64,000 nt of DNA from Pseudomonadota bacterium (lineage in GTDB: Bacteria > Bdellovibrionota_B > Oligoflexia > Silvanigrellales > Silvanigrellaceae): assembly GCA_039799905.1 (NCBI GenBank), contig JBDLRP010000034.1, forward strand, positions 1 through 64,000. Reading direction: 5' to 3'. A program made the position numbers and the translations under genes. How positions within the stretch are numbered: the stretch's first letter is position 1; each line of letters begins with the position of its first letter. Positions 29,230-39,806 of this stretch are shown in pieces. Under the pieces are notes generated by a model. It was not told where the DNA came from and searched no databases. It saw only the letters and a list, made by a program, of their open reading frames with translations.

Positions 29230-29538
29230 TCAGGCTGTCAAATCGCGGGAGTGGCCAGGGTGTAATTGAGTAGTGCGTTGCAGGCGCACTGGTTGTGCCT
29301 GAAGATGAGGCGCTGGAAAAAATTCATCAGCGAAATCGTCATCGGACATACGTGCGAGGAACGCCGCATCAATCAAGCTCAGAAGTCCTGGGATCAGCGT
29401 CCAGCAGAACAACAAGTAAGCAATTCCCGAAACCGTCTGATGGGTGTAGAAGCGGTGCGCTCCTGCCCAGCCCAGAACCAATGCAAGCTTCACGGCCTTT
29501 TCGCGGCTTAGTGTCGAATTTGTGTCGCTGTTGTTCAT
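29230..29538 (-). CDS. TM2/NINE domain small membrane protein
   Basis: LALVLGWAGAHRFY..GIAYLLFCWTLIPG..IDA; start re-called at ATG 29538 (GGGGGA RBS). Confidence 0.85.
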   Translation of the reverse strand: MNNSDTNSTLSREKAVKLALVLGWAGAHRFYTHQTVSGIAYLLFCWTLIPGLLSLIDAAFLARMSDDDFADEFFPAPHLQAQPVRLQRTTQLHPGHSRDLTA

Positions 29539-29563
29539 TGGCCGTTCCCCCAGTTTGCTCTTC

Positions 29564-29633
29564 TGTGACAAATATCGGACGTAATTGTGACAAAAGCAAG
29601 GGGAGGGGATTTTTTTGTGACATCTTTGTGACA
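29564..29633 (-). promoter_or_regulatory. Four TGTCACA direct repeats (PhoB/OmpR-family box-like)
   Basis: TGTGACA on the plus strand at 29564, 29586, 29616 and 29627; one pair 11 bp apart and one pair 22 bp apart. Confidence 0.65.
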
Positions 29634-29685
29634 AATTAAGAAACAGCGAAGAATTTACCTTGAATATAGGTATTTCGGTGGGTTG

Positions 29686-30474
29686 TTATTTCTCCCGAGA
29701 ACTGGGCAAGGAGGAACGCGCGGCTCTGATGGCCCGACTGATGGCAGAGGCCGGTACCCATGTTGCCGTGTTCCAAGGCTCGTAGCCTCCGTGATGAATT
29801 CCGACGAGTTCGAGGGTCTTGAGGTCAATGAGCGGTGAACCGCTGTTGCCCTGCTCTGTGTCACATTGGTGGGCGAATAGGTTTTTTCGCTCGCGTGCGC
29901 TGAGTTCTGGCATGAAATTCTCAGGAAACGGAACAACGACACAGAACTTTGACCATTCCATCGGGCGTTTGCGCGGAAAACCAAAAAGCGTGATCTGGCT
30001 TCCGTCAGGCGGACGTTTGTTGAGTTCAACGTCGACAAAGGCAGTTGGGGGATTGTCGACGAGCAGCAGCGCAAAGTCGTGAGCGTTGCTGAGTTCAGAC
30101 TGAAGAAGGCGTAAACAGAACGAGCGAGAATCATCTGCCCGTTCTGAAGTTCCGAGATAATTCCAGCGTACATTCATCCGCGGATATTTGTCTCCGAGGC
30201 AGCCATCCATGGGGAGCCTGGGTTTGGGAATGCAGTGTCCGGCGGTTACCACGAGTCCGTTGCCGATATGCGTGACGGTGCAGCCTGCCTCGAGCATTCC
30301 GATGGCAGGAATGAGCGGACGCAGCCTTTCTGGAAGATTGCTGGCGTCCTGTTCGACAGGGGTCAAGTCATTTTCGCCGATAATTTTATTCGGCAGACTG
30401 TCGTTTGTTCCAACAGTGCAGGAAAACATAGTCCACGGGCTGACCAACAGGGCTAAACCTATATGAAATTTCAT
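29686..30474 (-). CDS. Trypsin-like (V8/S1B-type) serine protease, probable lipoprotein
   Basis: TAGHC, DFALL, DTEQGNSGSP, GIHHGG; N-terminal MFSC. Confidence 0.9.
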   Translation of the reverse strand: MKFHIGLALLVSPWTMFSCTVGTNDSLPNKIIGENDLTPVEQDASNLPERLRPLIPAIGMLEAGCTVTHIGNGLVVTAGHCIPKPRLPMDGCLGDKYPRMNVRWNYLGTSERADDSRSFCLRLLQSELSNAHDFALLLVDNPPTAFVDVELNKRPPDGSQITLFGFPRKRPMEWSKFCVVVPFPENFMPELSARERKNLFAHQCDTEQGNSGSPLIDLKTLELVGIHHGGYEPWNTATWVPASAISRAIRAARSSLPSSREK

Positions 30475-30536
30475 TTTTTCAGCCTTCGTAGAACTGGGTT
30501 CCGCGCGCCAGCACAGAAACATCTGCAAGGGCAGTT

Positions 30537-30552
30537 AGCAAAAGAGATGCCA
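30537..30552 (-). promoter_or_regulatory. Sigma54 -24/-12 promoter
   Basis: TGGCAT-CTCTT-TTGCT, 62 nt upstream of the protease start. Confidence 0.7.
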
Positions 30553-30640
30553 CAAAAAATTTCAAAACTATCCAATATGAATGAGTTTGCTGGAAGAAGA
30601 TTGTCGCTACAGTGTCGAAGGAATTTGCAATGCCACGACG

Positions 30641-31876
30641 CTAAAGGGTGAAAGTCTCGATGGTGTTCTGTGTCCCGCGTATTTCGTCAATACCCAAGGC
30701 GCGCACTTGTGCCGGTTTGCTGAGACGGTCCCGCGTCGCCGACGTGAGCAGGATGTCGACTTGATGTTTTTTGGTCAGGCTTTCAATCCGTGAAGCTGTG
30801 TTGACCGTGTCGCCGATGATGGTGAACTCACGGCGGATCTCGGCTCCAATGTCGCCGATAATTGCGCTGCCGGAGTGAATGCCGATTCCGATTTGGATTG
30901 GATGCTCTCCGCGACTTTTTCTTTTTTCGTTGTATGCGGCGATCTGCGCTCGCATCATCAGGGCGCATTCTAGCGCTTTGTCGGCATGGTCATCCGTTTT
31001 CACCGGCGCGCCGTAATAAGCCATCACGCCATCGCCAAGATATTTGTCGAGTGTGCCTCCGGTCAAAAATATACACGACACCAGATGCTCATGGATCTCA
31101 TTGAGCATCCGAATCACATCTTCGCCGCCCATCTCGGAGCTCAGTTTGGTAAAGCCGCGAATGTCGGTGAAGATGACTGTGACGTCGAATCTTCTTTGTT
31201 TGTGATTGTCGCTGCCTTCACTGTTCCCGATCACAGCAGCCACTTCAGGAGCAAAGTAGCGTGAAAGTTTCTCATTGAGAGATTGTTTTTCTGCAGCGCC
31301 CGCAACCAGTTTCTTGACTCGGCTTGAGATTCTTACAGTTGCATAACCGGTCAGGCCGAGCAGCAGGAAACCCGTGACTTTAGTGTCAATCGGAGTTTCG
31401 GTTTTGTTGAACAGTTGCATGATGACTGCGAGGCCCGCGAGTGTGACCGGAGTTGTGATTGTTGCGCTGAAGAAGAGTCCACTCAGATTGACAAAGAACA
31501 TCATAAAGGCAAGGCCAAGCGCGCCAAGGATTCTGAAGACGGCCGGATCGGCAACGGATGTCACCCAAGCATCGATAACCAAGTAGGTCATCGGAACATC
31601 CAGAAGCGGGATGGAAAATTCCCGGATGAGTTCGAAGCGCTTGACGCGTTCAGGAAGGAAAGAAAAAGAAACTGCGATTGCAAGATAAAAGCCAAGCAGA
31701 TTTTCTTTTCCGACAAAGGCGGGTTTGCCCAACCCGTAGCCCATGATCAGATGCAGCAGCAAGAACGAGGCAACAGCCAAAATTCTCAGTCGGTTGAGAA
31801 CTCGTCCGTTGAGCCGTCGCTCCTGCTCGATTTCCTCGTTGAGAATGAGTTCGTTGACGGTCGTCTGTGGTTTCAT
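30641..31876 (-). CDS. Membrane-bound class III adenylate cyclase
   Basis: About 6 TM, FTDIRGFT, DKYLGDG, FTIIGDTVNTASRIE; ATG directly follows the smc stop. Confidence 0.92.
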   Translation of the reverse strand: MKPQTTVNELILNEEIEQERRLNGRVLNRLRILAVASFLLLHLIMGYGLGKPAFVGKENLLGFYLAIAVSFSFLPERVKRFELIREFSIPLLDVPMTYLVIDAWVTSVADPAVFRILGALGLAFMMFFVNLSGLFFSATITTPVTLAGLAVIMQLFNKTETPIDTKVTGFLLLGLTGYATVRISSRVKKLVAGAAEKQSLNEKLSRYFAPEVAAVIGNSEGSDNHKQRRFDVTVIFTDIRGFTKLSSEMGGEDVIRMLNEIHEHLVSCIFLTGGTLDKYLGDGVMAYYGAPVKTDDHADKALECALMMRAQIAAYNEKRKSRGEHPIQIGIGIHSGSAIIGDIGAEIRREFTIIGDTVNTASRIESLTKKHQVDILLTSATRDRLSKPAQVRALGIDEIRGTQNTIETFTL

Positions 31877-34800
31877 TCAGCTGACAGCCTCGGGTTGTCC
31901 GGCGGGAGTCGCAGTTGCACCCGAGCGTATCACAGGTTTCTTTTTGCGCAGATGTTCCGGGACGTCAGAGAGGTCGACAGCCACAAGGCGCGAAACACCG
32001 GGCTCGGCCATCGAAATTCCGTAGATCGTATCGAGAATTTCCATCGTGCGGCGGTTGTGGGTGATGACCACAAATTGGAACTCGCCTGAAAGTGCCTCGA
32101 GGACCGAATTGAACCGGCCGACGTTGGCCTCGTCGAGAGGAGCGTCGACCTCGTCAAGGTAACAAAACGGTGCGGGTGTTGTCTTGAGCAGCGAGAAAAT
32201 CAGCGAAATGGCCGTGAGCGCCTTTTCACCACCGCTGAACAGGCTCATGTTCTGCATGCGTTTGCCGGGCAGCTGAACCATGATCTCGACACCCGTTGTG
32301 AGCATGTCTTCAGGTTTCAGCAGCTGCAGTTTGGCGTTACCTCCCGGGAAGAGTACGGGGAATATTTTAACGAACTCGTTGTTGACCTGCTCATAGATCG
32401 TAGCAAAGCGGGTTTTGGTGGTTTCTTCAATTTCGGCAATCGCTTTGTACAATTCCTGCACCGACGACTCGATGTCGGCTTTCTGTTGGACCAGCAGCAG
32501 GCGTCGGCCTTCCGCCTCGCGATATTCATCGACGGCGCGTTCGTTGACCGCGCCAAGTTCGCCGAGTTCGTTGTTAATTTGCCTGATGCGTTTTTCGAGT
32601 TCGGCAATCAGCTGAGGATTGTCGTCGGCTTCGGGTGGAAAGTCTGTGGGGTCCAGATTAAAGCGTTCCTTGGCGTCTTTGAGCGACGTCTCGAGAACCA
32701 TCTCAAAGCGGCCAAGTTCGACTTGACGCTCCGACACGAACTTTTGCCGCGCACTCTCGTGGTCGCGTTGTGTTTTGAGACGTGATTCCAGCACGCGCAG
32801 CTTTTCAGCTATCTCGGCTTCGCTTGATTGTGCCTCCGTCAGTTGTTCTTCAAGCTGACGGGTGTCCGTTTCCAGTTGACTGATTTCGCGTTCAGAACCG
32901 GTAAGTTCATCAGTTGCCTGAGCAATCTGTGCGTCGATTTCACTGAGCTGTGCGATGCCGCGGTCGACTTTGTCGCGCAGGCGCTGCAAGTGATACTTTG
33001 CTTCTTCATAATTTCTGCGAAAGTTGGCCTGCCGTTCGACGACCGTAGCGCGCTGGGTCCTGCGTTTGTTCAGCTCATTGAAAATTTCGTCGCGGCGTTC
33101 CTTTTTGTCGGAAAGATCGGCCTCGTAGTCCTGCAGGTCGCGCAGGAATTGTCCGCGCTCGCTTTCCAGCCTGTCGATCTCGCTCTGATTGCGCGCATAC
33201 TGCTGGCGCAGTTCCTCAATTTCGCCCTGTGTTTCCTTGCGCCCCGACTCGACCCGGTTGATGTTTTCGTCCATGTGGCGGAGCTGCAGATCAAAAGTTT
33301 CCATCTGCGAAGTCAGCCGCAGGGCTTCGACCTTTTCACGGGACAGTTGCGTGTCGATTTCCGCAACGCGTGCGAGCAGCTTTTTGCGTCGATCGTCTTT
33401 TTCAAACAGACCGCCCTCGAGTGTGGCCAGCGCAGATTGCGCCGCATCCCGCTCGTTTTCGAGCTCTTGCAATTCACGCTTGCGCTGGAGAAGCCCCTGA
33501 CCCGCGCCATCGGCTGTCTCGCCAAAGGCAATTTCGCGCGTGCCGGACACAAGCGTGCCGCGGTCGGTGATGAACATGAACTGGCCGCGCAATTCCGCGG
33601 GAATGAGCCGGTAAGCCTTGAACAGCAACCACTCATCGCGTGCGATGAACGTACGTTCGAACAATGTTTTGAGCGCTGGTAATTCGCAGCGGGTCAGGCG
33701 ATCGCCTACGCAGCGCACGCCAGTGTGCGACAGAATTTTCGCTTTGGCATCGAGTTCTACAGGTGTGAGCGGCGCAAGCACTTCGGTGAGCAGAAGGCCG
33801 ACACGACTTCCTCCGGACTCTTCGACTTTGTCGAGCACATCGACAAGCACGTCGCCGCTGGTGACCAAAGCGGCTTCCAGCAATTCAGGAAGCGCCCGTT
33901 CCAGCGCTTCTTCGTCCTCTCGCTGAACGCTGACCTTTTCAAAGACAAAGCCGTTTACAAGGTGAGAGAGCTTTTCGCGCAGGAGCTTGGCGCCGTCCGA
34001 CAGTCCGTCGCTGCCGCCGACCATTTTTTGCAAACCGCTTGCGCGGCTGCTGATTTCGATCAGCCGTTCTTTTGCGGCATCACGCTGGGCTTTTGCCGAT
34101 TCAACGCCGTCGCTGAGAATGCTGAGTTCAGCGTCCAGCGCCGCGCGCTCGCTGGCAACCGACTCTAAACCACTCGACAGTTGATTGAGCTGCGATTCAA
34201 CAGAGCGTCTGTCGGCAGCGAGCTGACCGCGCTGATTTGCGAATTCGCGCAGTTGTTCGTCGCCGCGGGCAAGTGTGTGATTTGCCTTTTCGATGGCCGC
34301 AAGAGCGGTTTCGTTGCGCGACCGGAGTAATTTGGTTCCATCTTCGAGTGCGCGGATTTCGGCGCGCAGTTCTTCTCCACGGATGCGCTCGACCTGCAGC
34401 GACTCGTCGCATTCTTCGAGTTGAAACTGCAGCGTTTCACTTTCGGCATCGAGTTGGCGCAATTCCCCGTCAGCACTTTCGAGGCTTGTGAGCATCTCGG
34501 TGTGTCTGGTTTCCTCGCGCAACAGGTTTTCCCGCTCGAGCGTCATTTCCTGCGAGAAATTTGTCTTGAATTGTATGCGCTCGCTTTTGCGGTTGGCGAT
34601 GTGCCCCAGACGCTCGCGAAATTTGGTCAGCGCGAGGCGTTTTTCATCGAAGGCATTTTCGAGATCTTTGATCTGCGAGGTCAGTTCGATTTGCTCGGCC
34701 TTCAGTTCGTTGGCCTCGCCCTCCCACTGGGCGGCTTCAATCGTCTGCGACTGAGTTTCTTTGTTCTTTGACTCGATTTCGTCACGCAGCTTCTTTGCCT

Positions 34801-35527
34801 TCGAGCGGAAGAAGCCGATGCGGTTCGAGAGAACGTTGATTTCCTTGTCGCGCAATTCGCCCTGCAACTCCAGCTTGCGCTGCGCTTTGACGACCTGCTC
34901 GCTCAGGTTCTCGACCTGCTTGGTGATTTCGGTTTCGATTTCGCCCAGGTTGCGCAGCTTTTCGCCGGTTGATTCAAGGCGTTTTTCGGCTTCCTTGCGG
35001 CGCGTTTTAAAGATGCTGATGCCGGCGGTCTCTTCGAGAATCTCACGCAGATCATCGGGCGAGGCTTGAATGATGCGGTCGCGCTTGTCCTGCTGGATGA
35101 TGGCGTAGCTTTTGGAACCGAGACCGATGGCGAGGAGGAAATCAACGATATCCTTCAGACGGCATGGTTCTTTGTTGAGAAAATATTCACGTTCTCCGCT
35201 GCGGTAAATGCGCCGCCCGATGGAAACTTCAGGCAAGTGGAGGAACTCGGGCGGGCATCGTGAGCCGTTGTTGGTGAAAGTCAGCGTGACTTCCGCCATG
35301 CTCAGCGGCTTGCGGCTCTGTGAACCTGCAAAGATGATGTCTGTCGGGTCGTCGGCACGCAGGCTCTTGGCTGTTTGCTCGCCCATGACCCAACGGACGG
35401 CGTCGATGATGTTTGACTTGCCGGAACCGTTCGGGCCAATGACACCCGTGATGCCGTCGTGGTACTGAACGGTCACTCGATCGGCAAAGCTTTTGAAGCC
35501 ATGCATCGTGATGGATTTGAGCTTCAT
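31877..35527 (-). CDS. smc: Chromosome segregation protein SMC
   Basis: GFKSF, GPNGSGKSNI, long coiled coils and hinge, FSGGEK, LDEVDAPLD, ITHN. Confidence 0.97.
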   Translation of the reverse strand: MKLKSITMHGFKSFADRVTVQYHDGITGVIGPNGSGKSNIIDAVRWVMGEQTAKSLRADDPTDIIFAGSQSRKPLSMAEVTLTFTNNGSRCPPEFLHLPEVSIGRRIYRSGEREYFLNKEPCRLKDIVDFLLAIGLGSKSYAIIQQDKRDRIIQASPDDLREILEETAGISIFKTRRKEAEKRLESTGEKLRNLGEIETEITKQVENLSEQVVKAQRKLELQGELRDKEINVLSNRIGFFRSKAKKLRDEIESKNKETQSQTIEAAQWEGEANELKAEQIELTSQIKDLENAFDEKRLALTKFRERLGHIANRKSERIQFKTNFSQEMTLERENLLREETRHTEMLTSLESADGELRQLDAESETLQFQLEECDESLQVERIRGEELRAEIRALEDGTKLLRSRNETALAAIEKANHTLARGDEQLREFANQRGQLAADRRSVESQLNQLSSGLESVASERAALDAELSILSDGVESAKAQRDAAKERLIEISSRASGLQKMVGGSDGLSDGAKLLREKLSHLVNGFVFEKVSVQREDEEALERALPELLEAALVTSGDVLVDVLDKVEESGGSRVGLLLTEVLAPLTPVELDAKAKILSHTGVRCVGDRLTRCELPALKTLFERTFIARDEWLLFKAYRLIPAELRGQFMFITDRGTLVSGTREIAFGETADGAGQGLLQRKRELQELENERDAAQSALATLEGGLFEKDDRRKKLLARVAEIDTQLSREKVEALRLTSQMETFDLQLRHMDENINRVESGRKETQGEIEELRQQYARNQSEIDRLESERGQFLRDLQDYEADLSDKKERRDEIFNELNKRRTQRATVVERQANFRRNYEEAKYHLQRLRDKVDRGIAQLSEIDAQIAQATDELTGSEREISQLETDTRQLEEQLTEAQSSEAEIAEKLRVLESRLKTQRDHESARQKFVSERQVELGRFEMVLETSLKDAKERFNLDPTDFPPEADDNPQLIAELEKRIRQINNELGELGAVNERAVDEYREAEGRRLLLVQQKADIESSVQELYKAIAEIEETTKTRFATIYEQVNNEFVKIFPVLFPGGNAKLQLLKPEDMLTTGVEIMVQLPGKRMQNMSLFSGGEKALTAISLIFSLLKTTPAPFCYLDEVDAPLDEANVGRFNSVLEALSGEFQFVVITHNRRTMEILDTIYGISMAEPGVSRLVAVDLSDVPEHLRKKKPVIRSGATATPAGQPEAVS

Positions 35528-35594
35528 AGGTCGTCGTCCCGAACTTATTCTTGATGCCTTAGTATGGCACGCACACTAACTCAGGAGATCGCAA

Positions 35595-36401
35595 ATGGCG
35601 AGTCCCAACCCCGAGCAACTCCTTGAAGCATCTCAATGGCCCCTGCAATGGGTGCGGCTGCTGAAGGATTTTGCCCTTGATTTGGGTTGTGTTGCAGTCC
35701 TCGGGCTACTTGTCCAGTGGTTCGCCCGCTCGCTCCCAGTTAGGCGGCAACTCATTCTTTTAATTCCAACTGTGGTTTTGATTTTATTTGCGGCACGAGG
35801 AATGCCTGAGTTTTTTGCAAAACCAATTCTTTCGCGTGCTGCAAGGCTGCCTCAAGAGGCATGCCGGAACGAGTTTTCAGCACTCGTGGTGTTGGGAGGC
35901 GGCCTCGCCGGACCAGATGATTTGGCATTGTCCAGCCAATCGCGTGTCCGTCATGCAGCCCGTTGGCTCAACGTTCTTCCCAAGGCCAAACGCGACCAAT
36001 TGCGTGTTGTGTTTAGCGCGGGCCCCACGCTGGAGGGCTCGCTCCGACCCGAAGCTGCGCTCATGAAGGAGGCCTTTGCCGCATGGCGACAGGATATTGC
36101 TCTGTCGCAGCTGCTTGTTGAAGATAAGTCTCTGAATACTCATGACAACGCGACACGTGTGGCACAGCTGATGGACGAAAAGGGCGGCGGCCAGACGATT
36201 GCGCTTGTGACAAGTTGGTTGCATATGACTCGGGCATTTGCCGCTTTTCGGCAAGTTGGCTTTGTGGTGTGTCCTGTGCCTTCACCTGCAGTGGAACATA
36301 CCAGTGAGGGCTTCTTGAATTTTCGCAATGGTGATCGCACGGTGCGGGTGCTGAATGAGTATGCGGGTATCGCAGGCTACCGTCTGATGGGCTGGTTGTG
36401 A
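35595..36401 (+). CDS. YdcF/DUF218 (ElyC/SanA-like) protein
   Basis: VVLGGG, EDKSLNTHDNA, LVTSWLHMTRA, NEYAG. Confidence 0.88.
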   Translation: MASPNPEQLLEASQWPLQWVRLLKDFALDLGCVAVLGLLVQWFARSLPVRRQLILLIPTVVLILFAARGMPEFFAKPILSRAARLPQEACRNEFSALVVLGGGLAGPDDLALSSQSRVRHAARWLNVLPKAKRDQLRVVFSAGPTLEGSLRPEAALMKEAFAAWRQDIALSQLLVEDKSLNTHDNATRVAQLMDEKGGGQTIALVTSWLHMTRAFAAFRQVGFVVCPVPSPAVEHTSEGFLNFRNGDRTVRVLNEYAGIAGYRLMGWL

Positions 36402-36425
36402 GTCCCAGCAAGGAGATAAAAAATT

Positions 36426-37139
36426 ATGGCTAATCTTGGTGTTAATATCGACCACGTGGCGACCATCCGGCAGGCGCGCGGCACACAATACCCGGATCCC
36501 GTCGAGGCAGCCGTGCTTGCCCAGCTTGGTGGTGCCGACCAAATCACCGTCCATCTGCGCGAAGATCGCCGTCACATTGTCGACCGCGACGTTCGTCTGT
36601 TGCGTAGCGTGCTGCAGGTGCCTTTGAATCTTGAGATGGCCTGCACATCGGAAATGGTGCGCATCGCGCTTGAGGTGAAGCCGGACATGGTGACTCTGGT
36701 TCCTGAAAAGCGCGAGGAGCGGACGACGGAAGGCGGTCTTGATGTCAGCGGACAATTCGCATCACTCAGCGATGCTGTGCGTTTGCTGCAGGGCGCTGGC
36801 ATACCGTGCAGTCTGTTTATTGAACCCGAGCAGAGTGCAGTGGATGCAACCATCCGCACTGGTGCACAGATGGTTGAATTTCACACCGGACGTTACAGTG
36901 AAGTGCTCGCTGCCGAGCAGTCGGCAGAGCTTGCGAGAATTACTGCGGCCACACTTTATGCTCACCAAAAGGGAATCGCGCCGCATGCGGGTCACGGCTT
37001 GAATTATCGCAACGTGATTCCAGTGGCGCGCGTGGCGTACATGCAGGACCTCAACATCGGACATAGCATTGTCGCGCGTGCCGTGCTCGTGGGTCTTGAG
37101 CGGGCCGTCCGTGAAATGAAAGAACTCATCCGCAAGTGA
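36426..37139 (+). CDS. pdxJ: Pyridoxine 5'-phosphate synthase
   Basis: [43 protein letters not shown]. Confidence 0.97.
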   Translation: MANLGVNIDHVATIRQARGTQYPDPVEAAVLAQLGGADQITVHLREDRRHIVDRDVRLLRSVLQVPLNLEMACTSEMVRIALEVKPDMVTLVPEKREERTTEGGLDVSGQFASLSDAVRLLQGAGIPCSLFIEPEQSAVDATIRTGAQMVEFHTGRYSEVLAAEQSAELARITAATLYAHQKGIAPHAGHGLNYRNVIPVARVAYMQDLNIGHSIVARAVLVGLERAVREMKELIRK

Positions 37140-37193
37140 GGATGAGTTTTTCTGCCTCCGGGAGGTACCCGCTGCGGCGGTCTTGCTTTTACT

Positions 37194-37916
37194 TTACGGG
37201 CAAGAGGAAGACACCTTGCTCGGAGTGTTGAGCCCTGATTTGAGAATGTAGCTGACCGTGAGTCCACTGCAGGCAGATGATCCCCTCAATTTGTAGTAGG
37301 TGCCTTCGTCCGCGACACACTGAGCAGTAAACGTAGTGCCGAATGAAATCAGACAATAATCCTTACCGTCGACCCAAGTGCTGCCGATGCTCGTGGGTGA
37401 CTTTTTGATGTAGGTCCCCGATTTCGTCGTCAGGCTCACGCTGGAGGCTGATGGCGGTGGAGGAGGGGGTGGAGGCGCCGGATTGTTTTGTCCACCACCC
37501 TGATTGGCATCTCCATTACCGTTATCGGGGGCTCCCGCTCCAGAGTCTGGACTACCATTACCGGAGTCGGAGTTCCCTGAGCCGTCACCTTTTGCAATCT
37601 TGTCGATGATTCCAATAATTTGCTCAAAGGGGTTTGGTTGTGGTGCGGGCGCCGGCTGCACCGCTGGGGGGAGCTCTGCGGATGCCTTCGGTGGCGGTTT
37701 TTCTTCGCCCTGCTTTGCGTCTGGACGTTTGTTCTGGTCGTCTTTGGTCTGGGCAAGCTGATCGTCGTTAGTGGTTGCTACCGTCCTACAGTTTGGATTG
37801 GAAGCCTGTTTGCCCACGCACCCAACGGTAACGGCGGTGCGCGGCGTGGGTGCATCTGGCGCGCAACCGACGAAAGTACCCGCTGCAACAAAGAGCAGAT
37901 TGAGTTGAAATTTCAT
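37194..37916 (-). CDS. Pro/Gly-rich lipoprotein with a small Cys-containing C-terminal domain
   Basis: Lipobox FVGC, poly-Pro linker, TYIKKSP..YC..; AAGGAG RBS before ATG 37916. Confidence 0.72.
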   Translation of the reverse strand: MKFQLNLLFVAAGTFVGCAPDAPTPRTAVTVGCVGKQASNPNCRTVATTNDDQLAQTKDDQNKRPDAKQGEEKPPPKASAELPPAVQPAPAPQPNPFEQIIGIIDKIAKGDGSGNSDSGNGSPDSGAGAPDNGNGDANQGGGQNNPAPPPPPPPPSASSVSLTTKSGTYIKKSPTSIGSTWVDGKDYCLISFGTTFTAQCVADEGTYYKLRGSSACSGLTVSYILKSGLNTPSKVSSSCP

Positions 37917-37962
37917 GGGTCTCCTTTCCGGAACAAACAAGCTGTCCGGCATACATTCGTGC

Positions 37963-37989
37963 GTATCGGCAGAAGTTATTCAAATTCTG
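37963..37989 (-). promoter_or_regulatory. Possible sigma28-like promoter for the Pro-rich lipoprotein
   Basis: CAGAATTT-N11-GCCGATAC. Confidence 0.4.
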
Positions 37990-38183
37990 AATCTTCTAAT
38001 AATTATTCATTGATATTAGATTGTTATGATTATTGCATTTCGATTTGCTGCGTGATCTGGCGGGGATGCGTGCAGCGATTTGTCTAAATGTTTGGAAACA
38101 GCTAAGACTTCGCACTTCGAGAGATTCTCTTTTGAACCAAAGAATTAGCCGCTGTCGCTAATCCGAGCCTGGGAGATCAGCCT

Positions 38184-39791
38184 GTGACCCTCATCCGAAG
38201 TCATGCCGACACGCGTTCCGATGAGTACCGCACCAACTACCGATATCATGAACAACTCAACAATGAATTAGCAGAAAAACTCAATATCATCCGCGCCGGT
38301 GGCGGTGAAAAGGCTCGCACACGGCATGCCCAGCAAAACAAACTGTTCGTTCGCGACCGCATCGCGCTTTTGCTTGATGCAGGGACGCCATTTTTGGAAG
38401 TGGCACCCTACGCGGCCGATGGTGTCTATGACGACAGTGTTCCCGCAGCGGGGGTTGTTGCAGGAATCGCACGAGTCAGCGGTGTCACCTGCATGATTGT
38501 CGCCAACGATGCGACTGTCAAAGGCGGTACCTACTACCCTCTGACAGTAAGAAAGCACCTGAGGGCGCAGGAGATTGCGCTCGAAAATAATTTACCATGC
38601 CTTTACTTGGTTGACAGTGGCGGTGCTTTTCTGCCGATGCAGTCCGAGGTGTTTCCTGACAAGGAACACTTCGGGAGAATCTTTTTCAATCAAGCCAACA
38701 TGAGCGCCCAAGGTATTCCGCAAATTGCATGTGTCATGGGTTCGTGCACCGCGGGTGGAGCGTACGTGCCTGCGATGTCCGATCAGACGATCATCGTCAA
38801 CGGAACCGGTACGATCTTTTTGGGCGGACCTCCGCTCGTAAAAGCTGCCACTGGCGAAGACGTCAGTGCAGAGGATCTCGGCGGTGCGCGCGTTCATACC
38901 GAGATGAGCGGTGTTGCCGATCATTTTGCCCACAACGATGAGCATGCGATTGCGATTTTGAGGGACGTGGTCGCAAACCTTGGGCCGCGCAGTGCCGCAA
39001 ACACTAAACTGCGAACTCCGGAGGCGCCGCGCTACGATGCCGACGAAATTCTTGGACTGTGGCCGCGAGATTTGCGCAGACAGGTCGACATCCGCGAGGT
39101 GATTGCCCGCGTGGTGGACGGCAGCCGGTTGTTTGAATTTAAGCAGCGTTACGCGACGACTCTCGTTACAGGTTTTGCACATATTGAGGGTATGCCCTGC
39201 GGTATCATCGCCAACAACGGAGTGTTGTTTGCGGAGAGCGCGCTGAAGGCTGCTCACTTCATAGAATTGTGCACGAAAGAATCCGTGCCATTGTTGTTTT
39301 TGCAAAACATCACCGGCTTCATGGTCGGGGCCAATTACGAACGCGGCGGAATCGCCAAGGACGGCGCCAAGATGGTGCATGCGGTTGCAACAGCTCGCGT
39401 GCCGAAAATCTCATTGCTGATGGGCGGAAGTTTTGGTGCCGGCAATTACGGAATGTGCGGGCGCGCCTACAGCCCACGATTTTTGTGGACGTGGCCGAGT
39501 TCACGCATCAGCGTCATGGGCGGCGAGCAGGCGGCGCAGGTGATGGTCACCGTCAAACGCGATCAGCTCACACGCGAGGGTAAATCACTCTCTGCCGAAC
39601 AGGCTGAGGAAATCGCATCGCCCATCCGCGCGAAGTACGAACGCGAAGGGCATCCTTATTATGCGTCTGCCCGAATGTGGGATGACGGCATCATCGACAT
39701 GAGAAATACGCGTCATATTCTCGCGGCGAGTCTTGCTGCGACACTTCATGCGCCCATCGAACCAACTCAGGTTGGTGTTTTCCGGATGTGA
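38184..39791 (+). CDS. liuB: 3-methylcrotonyl-CoA carboxylase, carboxyltransferase subunit
   Basis: [40 protein letters not shown], terminal GVFRM. Confidence 0.92.
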   Translation: MTLIRSHADTRSDEYRTNYRYHEQLNNELAEKLNIIRAGGGEKARTRHAQQNKLFVRDRIALLLDAGTPFLEVAPYAADGVYDDSVPAAGVVAGIARVSGVTCMIVANDATVKGGTYYPLTVRKHLRAQEIALENNLPCLYLVDSGGAFLPMQSEVFPDKEHFGRIFFNQANMSAQGIPQIACVMGSCTAGGAYVPAMSDQTIIVNGTGTIFLGGPPLVKAATGEDVSAEDLGGARVHTEMSGVADHFAHNDEHAIAILRDVVANLGPRSAANTKLRTPEAPRYDADEILGLWPRDLRRQVDIREVIARVVDGSRLFEFKQRYATTLVTGFAHIEGMPCGIIANNGVLFAESALKAAHFIELCTKESVPLLFLQNITGFMVGANYERGGIAKDGAKMVHAVATARVPKISLLMGGSFGAGNYGMCGRAYSPRFLWTWPSSRISVMGGEQAAQVMVTVKRDQLTREGKSLSAEQAEEIASPIRAKYEREGHPYYASARMWDDGIIDMRNTRHILAASLAATLHAPIEPTQVGVFRM

Positions 39792-39806
39792 AAGGATCAC
39801 TTGAAC

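Noticed and set aside
38089..38100. TGTTT-GG-AAACA palindrome upstream of liuB
   Set aside because: Short and single-copy, and unlike the LiuR box as I recall it; cannot be distinguished from chance.
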